This document shows positions 6,979 to 12,306 of a stretch of DNA of 12,306 nt, piece by piece. The stretch is from the NCBI GenBank assembly GCA_044869275.1, contig JBIOXB010000169.1, positions 1 to 12,306 of the forward strand, written 5' to 3'. Source of the stretch: a bacterium. Lineage in GTDB: Bacteria; Zhuqueibacterota; Zhuqueibacteria; Zhuqueibacterales; Zhuqueibacteraceae. How positions within the stretch are numbered: position 1 is the stretch's first letter; the number at the start of each line of letters is the position of its first letter. Below the pieces are notes generated by a model, which was given only the letters and a program-made list of their open reading frames with translations, did not search any database and was not told where the DNA came from. Made by a program: the position numbers and the translations under genes.

Positions 6979-8088
6979 TCACCTCATTCTAAAAGCCTCA
7001 ACAAGCGGTTTGGCGGCTTTCGGTTGCGCGGCGCAATAATCTTCGCCCAGCGCGGCGGCTACCGTTGCGGCGATTTGGCTTTGCGTGTGCAGGCCGGAGT
7101 TCATGCGCTCACCAAGCGCCGGTGTATCTGGCCCAATGAGGGCGATCCAAATGTTGTCCGCGCCTTTGATCTTCGCACCGTGATCCTTCCATTCCTGCAG
7201 TCCATAACCTCGGCCATGATCCGCGACAACGATGAGTGTGGTTTTGTCGCGATATTGTGAAATGGATTGCAATGTTTCCCACAGTGTTTTGAGAAAATTA
7301 TCCGTGCGCCGGGCAGCGTCAAGATAGTGATCGTATCGTCCGGCGTGCGCGAATTCGTCGGTTTCTCCGAACGTCATCCAGAATACGCGCGGTTGATTTG
7401 CCTTGAGGTATTCGAGCGCCGAGTAGAAGGTGATCGCATCGTACGGCTCCTCGCCCCAGGGGTGGAACAGCTCGGCCTTCAAACGATTGAGCAGCGCTTG
7501 CTCTGCGGAAATCTCGCCCACGGTGACCGGCTCGATGCCGCCATTGACGTAAAAGCCGCAGCGCTCGCGATTGATAATCCACGGCACCACCTGCCACGCG
7601 CCAAACGCCGCGACTTTGCCTTTGAAATTTTTCTTTTGGTGGAGCCATTCAAACACACTCACATTGGGGTTGGGCCGTTTGTCGTTGCTGTTGATGGCGG
7701 TGTCGGCATAGCCCACAATCATCTCACTGTAGCCGGGATATGAAAAATGAAACCCATTGGTCACCTTCACCAGGCTATTTTTATTTTGATTACCAAAGAG
7801 CTGGCCTTGTTTGGCGACAACGCGCCATAAAAATGGCGTCAAAACCTCGCGTCGCGCTTCGAGGTTATCACGCCAATAAGCTTGCTTGAGCGCGGCCCCA
7901 TTCTCGCCGCCGCCATTTTCTTTGTTCATCAGCGCAGAATCAGCGCCGGTGAAAACTTCCTGCCAACGCAGGCCATCGACCAGAATCAGCATGACGTTTT
8001 CAGTGCGAAGCTTGGCGGGCGATTGTCCCGCCGCCTTGCAACAACCCAGCAGTATAAAGCACAGAGTGAAGATTCTTGATGTTTTCAT
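6979..8088 (-). CDS. Secreted alkaline-phosphatase-superfamily protein (phosphoglyceromutase/AP-like)
   Basis: Signal peptide; NVMLILVDGLRWQEVF, FSYPGYSE, GETDEFAHAGRYD, TTLIVVADHGRG, WKDHG, QIAATVA. RBS GAGGAG lies upstream. Confidence 0.9.
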   Translation of the reverse strand: MKTSRIFTLCFILLGCCKAAGQSPAKLRTENVMLILVDGLRWQEVFTGADSALMNKENGGGENGAALKQAYWRDNLEARREVLTPFLWRVVAKQGQLFGNQNKNSLVKVTNGFHFSYPGYSEMIVGYADTAINSNDKRPNPNVSVFEWLHQKKNFKGKVAAFGAWQVVPWIINRERCGFYVNGGIEPVTVGEISAEQALLNRLKAELFHPWGEEPYDAITFYSALEYLKANQPRVFWMTFGETDEFAHAGRYDHYLDAARRTDNFLKTLWETLQSISQYRDKTTLIVVADHGRGYGLQEWKDHGAKIKGADNIWIALIGPDTPALGERMNSGLHTQSQIAATVAAALGEDYCAAQPKAAKPLVEAFRMR

Positions 8089-8106
8089 AGCGCCGAATGG
8101 CTCCTC

Positions 8107-9465
8107 TCAATATTGATCGTCCCGTGCAAAGGTATTTTCCCTGTACATCCATTTGCCCCGCGTGAAATCGGAAAACTCCACCGACTCGCCGCCCAATTGA
8201 ATCGAAGCCTCGGATAGCGGCGTAATCGCGCTCCAGGCAACAGCATCGTACACATCCAGCGGTGTGTTGACTTTGCGTTTGATTGCTTCAATGAACGCAT
8301 GCAAGACGAAAAAATCCATGCCGCCATGTCCTGCGGTCTTGGCATCCTCCCCAAAGCGCTTCCACAGCGGATGGTCGTATTGCTCGAGATACGGCTTGGC
8401 CTCTTCCCAACGATGCGCTTCTTTGCTCACGCCTTCGAGGTACAACGATTTGTTCAGGTCCATCCACAAGCCCTTGGTCCCTTGCACTCGGAAGCCCAAT
8501 GAGTACGGACGCGGCAAACTGGTATCGTGTTGCAGCAAGACCGTTTCTTCGTTGTTGGTCTTGATCATGGTGGTGACGACGTCGCCGAGCTTGAATTTGA
8601 TTTTGGCATTGGGATGATCCGCGCCGCCGTTCTTGACGAGGTATTCGTGCAGCCCGCGTGCTTTGGAGGCATACGAGCAGAGCGAGACAAAACGATTGCC
8701 GCGATTGATGTCGAGCATCATCGCCACCGGCCCGAGGCCGTGCGTGGGATAAAGATCGCCGTTGCGCATAATCGAATGCTGCGTGCGCCATTGCGCTTCG
8801 GAAAAGCCTTTTTCGCCAAACTCCACGCCCCCGCCGTAGGGCTGTTTGCCATCGTTGAATTTTACTGCGCGCAAATCGTGCTGATAGCCGGCCTGCAAAT
8901 GCACCAACTCCCCGAACATGCCCTGGCGCACCATGTTGAGAATCGCCATCACATCGCGACGATAGCAGACGTTCTCCAGCATCATCAGCGGCATGCCGGT
9001 GCGCTCCGAGGTACCCACCAAATCCCAACACTCTGCGATCGTCGCGCCGGCAATCACTTCGCAACCGACGTATTTCTTGGCATTCATCGCATCGAGGCTC
9101 ATCACTGAATGCCATTCCCAGGGCGTCGCGATGATGACACCGTCAATGTCTTTCATCTCCAGCAATTTTCGGTAATCATACGGCCCCTCTTTGATGACTC
9201 GCGGGTTGGGCTTGCCAGATTTTTTGATGAGGTCCATGCTGGCGTCGATCATCACCTGCTGCACGTCGCAGATCGCGACCACTTCGACGTCGTCGCGGCG
9301 CAAAGCAAGCTCGAGATGATTCTGTCCACGCAGTCCGACACCGATGAGGCCAAGCCGGACTTTTGGGGTTTTGGTGTCGGGGAAGACGAGGCGGGAGGGA
9401 AGAATCGTGAGGCCCGTGCCGGCGAGGGCAGTGGTTTTGATGAAATCGCGACGCGAGGTGTTCAT
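8107..9465 (-). CDS. Tat-exported Gfo/Idh/MocA oxidoreductase, GH109 alpha-N-acetylgalactosaminidase-like
   Basis: Start moved to ATG 9465 after RBS GAGGAGGA. Tat signal MNTSRRDFIK. Motifs GLIGVGLRG, IATPWEWH, MMLENVCY, NGDLYPTHGLGP, RPYS, GHGGMDF. Confidence 0.93.
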   Translation of the reverse strand: MNTSRRDFIKTTALAGTGLTILPSRLVFPDTKTPKVRLGLIGVGLRGQNHLELALRRDDVEVVAICDVQQVMIDASMDLIKKSGKPNPRVIKEGPYDYRKLLEMKDIDGVIIATPWEWHSVMSLDAMNAKKYVGCEVIAGATIAECWDLVGTSERTGMPLMMLENVCYRRDVMAILNMVRQGMFGELVHLQAGYQHDLRAVKFNDGKQPYGGGVEFGEKGFSEAQWRTQHSIMRNGDLYPTHGLGPVAMMLDINRGNRFVSLCSYASKARGLHEYLVKNGGADHPNAKIKFKLGDVVTTMIKTNNEETVLLQHDTSLPRPYSLGFRVQGTKGLWMDLNKSLYLEGVSKEAHRWEEAKPYLEQYDHPLWKRFGEDAKTAGHGGMDFFVLHAFIEAIKRKVNTPLDVYDAVAWSAITPLSEASIQLGGESVEFSDFTRGKWMYRENTFARDDQY

Positions 9466-9482
9466 AGCTTTCCTCCTCAGTT

Positions 9483-9538
9483 GATTTGCGATTGAAGATT
9501 TGCGATTTACGGTCGCAGATCGACAATGGTAAATCGCC
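9483..9538. repeat. Degenerate 7-bp tandem repeat forming a hairpin
   Basis: GATTTGC GATTGAA GATTTGC GATTTAC..., with a perfect inverted pair GCGATTTAC (9502-9510) / GTAAATCGC (9529-9537). Confidence 0.5.
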
Positions 9539-9550
9539 ATAAGTTGCTTT

Positions 9551-10747
9551 TTATCCCCCCGATTGCATATACAAAATCAACCCCAGCACGATCAACCCTG
9601 CCACCACCGCCAGCGCGATTTTGATCGCCGAATATGGCCGGTTGCCCTGCACCTCGCCGGTGCGCGCGTTGATGAGAATGCGATAAAGCCGGCCCTGGTA
9701 ACGGTACGCCGCGACCCAAATGGGCAGCAGAATGTGTTTGAACGTGATACCGGAATACTGCGTTTGCATGGAATCGATGCGCTGCTCGTCACCCCCAATG
9801 TCGCGGCAGATCAAATGGCGCAGCGTGGATTGCATCCATTCCTTTGCCAGGCCGAAGCCCTGGGGCAGATCGAGTTGGTAGCGTTCCGTGCGAAAACCGC
9901 TCAAATATTCCGGCTTGAAATCCACCAGCCCTTCCATATCCCACGGCGTCAATTCCTGCACATAGCCGCGCGGCAAGCCTTGCGAAGCGACGACGAGGAC
10001 GTCATCAAACCAGTGTTGTATTTTTCCATCCACGGCGGTCCAGCGTGTGTGCCGGACTTGCCGCGTCCGGCGCACGTTTTTGCCGTTGACATTCGCCCAA
10101 TACTGGTCGGTTTGCCAATAATGCGTGCCACGCGCGCCGGTGTAAAACGTGTGCGTCATGGCGTCGAAAGTCCAATACGGCGTGTATAACCCCACCAGCC
10201 TGCCCAAATCCACAAGTTTTTGCAAATCATTGGGCGCGAACCAGAGTGAATCCACCCAGCGTTGAAACGTCTTTTTCGCTGCCGCGGGATCCACGCGAAA
10301 AGGCAACACCGCGCTCGGCGGAATCGCCGGCGTGGCGGCCTGCGGCTCGGAGTCCAAATGCACGCCGCAGAAAGGGCAATCTTGCGTGCGGTCCTTGGCC
10401 GCCATCATCACGATGCCACCACAGGCCTGGCAGCGCACCTCCCGTTCCGCGCCCAGCGTGACGCGCAAATCTTTGCGGCTCTGGTCGAGATAATCTTCAT
10501 AAGACTGCTCATTGATCTCTGCTGCGCTATGTGGAATTTTTTCTTGCTGCCCGCAATACCGGCAGATCAACGCTTGGGAGTTGGGATCGAATACGAGTTG
10601 CGCGCCGCAACTGCGGCAGGGGAATTTCTTGCCGGCGCTGGGTGCGGGCTGCGGTCTATCGGGAAGATTTTCTGCGCGCGGCGGTTGCGCTGCAAAAGAC
10701 ACGGAGGATGCTGCTGCTGTCGTCGACGAAGAATCTTTTTCAGTCAT
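9551..10747 (-). CDS. Double zinc-ribbon protein with a C-terminal TM helix
   Basis: Cys pairs CRSC/CRYC and CQAC/CPFC; motifs VLPFRV, SLWFAP, YTPYWTFD, YLSGF, FKHILLPIW, INARTGEVQGNRPYS; hydrophobic C-terminus. ATG 10747 was chosen because it lies just after the upstream gene's stop at 10759. Confidence 0.88.
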   Translation of the reverse strand: MTEKDSSSTTAAASSVSFAAQPPRAENLPDRPQPAPSAGKKFPCRSCGAQLVFDPNSQALICRYCGQQEKIPHSAAEINEQSYEDYLDQSRKDLRVTLGAEREVRCQACGGIVMMAAKDRTQDCPFCGVHLDSEPQAATPAIPPSAVLPFRVDPAAAKKTFQRWVDSLWFAPNDLQKLVDLGRLVGLYTPYWTFDAMTHTFYTGARGTHYWQTDQYWANVNGKNVRRTRQVRHTRWTAVDGKIQHWFDDVLVVASQGLPRGYVQELTPWDMEGLVDFKPEYLSGFRTERYQLDLPQGFGLAKEWMQSTLRHLICRDIGGDEQRIDSMQTQYSGITFKHILLPIWVAAYRYQGRLYRILINARTGEVQGNRPYSAIKIALAVVAGLIVLGLILYMQSGG

Positions 10748-10758
10748 GAAGGCAGTTT

Positions 10759-12123
10759 TTATTTGCGAAAGTAATGACGCCGGCGCGCCCAAACGAAAGT
10801 CGTGCGATTTTCTGTTCCTAAATCCTGCAAAGCATCTGCGTAAATCTTCAGACCATATAATGCTGCGCAAGCTTTGGGAGCTAAGACGGAAGTGCTTGCC
10901 GGTAGTTTACCCTCGGCCAAATGTCGCGCACACAAGGCTTGGTCGATTAAATCACCTTCGCCGCTCGTCAGTTTAAGATGTGGAAAATTCTTTTTCAAAT
11001 TGTCGGCGCATTGCGCGAGCGCCTGCGGATGCGAGATCAAAGTATCGACTTCGCCAAAATCTGCACGCGGATGCAACAACAGGCAGTGGCCGATCACCAC
11101 CTCAAAAATCTCCAAAATCTCGCAGTCGAATTTGCTCAGGGCGTGAATGGTTTCCATCACCACGCCGCCGCGCGCGTTCTGAATGGCAAAAACGCCGAAG
11201 TCAATTTTGCCCTGGTGCAGCGCGGCCAGCACATGGTCCGAAGTGTAAAGATATTCCACCCGATATGCGGGGATTTGCGCGGCATGCTGCGCACAGTAAT
11301 GGCGGCACGCCTCTTCATTGAAGCTGCCCTGGCCGCCTTGAATGCCGATCACGAATTCGTGCGGCGAAATGCGCTCGGGCAGCAGCGCGCTGTACACTCG
11401 ATCGAGAGCTTCTTCCAAGCGCAGCCGCATCTCGCCGGTGTAGGGATTATAATTCTGCAGGTTGTAAAACAATTCCCAGGTATCGTTGCAGGTTTGCGCG
11501 ATCACCGACAACAGCAGCTCGAAGCCCTTCGTGTCGATGGAGGTTGGCGACAGTCTCATTTCCTGCAGCACGCGCCCGAGATAGTGGGTCACGCCCTGGC
11601 TGTTTGCGGCGAGCCGGTCATGTTCCTGGGGCGAGATTTCCACGACGCGCAAGCCCAAGCCGGTGAAATAGGAAAGCCACGCGCGATAGCCCGAGGAAAC
11701 GGAACGCAACGGCCACATCACCAGCGGCAATCCGGCCAAACCATGCGCGGCGCTGTCCGGCCCAAACATGGGATGCGTGGCGATGAGCTCGAGGGTGGCA
11801 TGCGCGCCCAGATGCTGGGCTAAAATCTCAGCGGGATATGCTTTGACCGAACAGACGTCAAGGATAGTGGTATGCGGTTTCAAATACGGCTTCAGACTGG
11901 CAACGCACGCTTCGAATTGATTGATGGGCACGCACAAAAAAATCGCCTCGGCCTGCGCACAGACTTCGGGCAACGATTTGAACGCTATGCCGATTTCCGC
12001 AGCCACCTTTGCCAGCTCGGGATTTCTGTCCGTGGCGAGAATCGTGTGATCGCGGCACAGAGTCTTCGCCCAGAACTGGCCGAAGCGGCCGAAGCCGATA
12101 ACGCCGGCGGTTTGTCGTTGCAT
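10759..12123 (-). CDS. Prephenate/arogenate dehydrogenase fused to a prephenate dehydratase domain (TyrA-PheA-like, no ACT domain)
   Basis: N-terminal half has GVIGFGRFG, DVCSVK, HPMFGP and EHDRLAANSQGVTH. C-terminal half has IGIQGGQGSFNEEA, FAIQNARGGVV, SHPQALAQC and LQDLGTENRTTF. ATG at 12123. Confidence 0.9.
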   Translation of the reverse strand: MQRQTAGVIGFGRFGQFWAKTLCRDHTILATDRNPELAKVAAEIGIAFKSLPEVCAQAEAIFLCVPINQFEACVASLKPYLKPHTTILDVCSVKAYPAEILAQHLGAHATLELIATHPMFGPDSAAHGLAGLPLVMWPLRSVSSGYRAWLSYFTGLGLRVVEISPQEHDRLAANSQGVTHYLGRVLQEMRLSPTSIDTKGFELLLSVIAQTCNDTWELFYNLQNYNPYTGEMRLRLEEALDRVYSALLPERISPHEFVIGIQGGQGSFNEEACRHYCAQHAAQIPAYRVEYLYTSDHVLAALHQGKIDFGVFAIQNARGGVVMETIHALSKFDCEILEIFEVVIGHCLLLHPRADFGEVDTLISHPQALAQCADNLKKNFPHLKLTSGEGDLIDQALCARHLAEGKLPASTSVLAPKACAALYGLKIYADALQDLGTENRTTFVWARRRHYFRK

Positions 12124-12181
12124 AAAAAAATTGCCGGTAATATTGCTGCGCCAGCCTTTCTGTCCTTGCCGGTGCGCCAAA

Positions 12182-12208
12182 AGATTACCACGAAAATGCA
12201 GTTTGCAA
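12182..12208 (-). promoter_or_regulatory. Possible extended -10 promoter for the tyrA-pheA-like gene
   Basis: Minus strand reads TTGCAA, then TGG-TAATCT (a TGn extended -10). The spacer is short (15 bp). Confidence 0.25.
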
Positions 12209-12232
12209 ATTCATAAAACACTTCAGCATGCC

Positions 12233-12300
12233 GTCATTCCCGCGCAAGCGGGAATCCAGGGAGCACGAGGAACTTGGATTCCCGCTTTCGCGGGAATGAC
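12233..12300. repeat. RPE/dRS3-like palindromic repeat
   Basis: GTCATTCCCGCGCAAGCGGGAATCC ... GGATTCCCGCTTTCGCGGGAATGAC. Each arm is itself a hairpin, and the two arms are inverted. Confidence 0.85.
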
Positions 12301-12306
12301 AGGTTT

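Noticed and set aside
9466..9540. N-terminal extension of the GH109 ORF
   Set aside because: It translates the heptamer repeat. The strong RBS and Tat signal place the start at 9465.
10748..10870. N-terminal extension of the zinc-ribbon ORF
   Set aside because: It overlaps the end of the TyrA-PheA gene; ATG 10747 fits the operon spacing.
10978..11823. Long antisense or alternate-frame ORFs (also 359-1081, 8288-9115, 9563-10189)
   Set aside because: They overlap well-supported genes and are expected by-products of GC-rich codon usage.

Overview
A bacterial window of moderate GC with about ten protein genes; the lineage cannot be fixed from sequence alone. The core (2657-6685) is a divergent locus. 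To the right are a CarH/LitR-type MerR + B12-binding regulator, an ArsC-like thioredoxin-fold protein and a TIGR01777 NAD-dependent oxidoreductase. To the left are a short RpoD/SigA-type sigma-70 factor and an AhpC/TSA-like redoxin. The ORF track truncates both redox proteins. In each, an in-frame TGA occupies the first Cys position of a CxxC motif (HFG-U-TFC, RPS-U-DTC) and is followed by a SECIS-like hairpin, so both are probably selenoproteins. I infer a B12/light-sensing regulon that pairs a dedicated sigma factor with two Sec redox enzymes. Two copies of a ~118-bp MITE, each with its own 3-bp target duplication, lie at 2086-2204 and 5251-5368. Other palindromic repeats are also present. 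The right half, on the minus strand, has a prephenate dehydrogenase-dehydratase fusion without an ACT domain, a double zinc-ribbon membrane protein, a Tat-exported GH109-like enzyme, a secreted alkaline-phosphatase-superfamily protein and a deleted GH29 fucosidase remnant.
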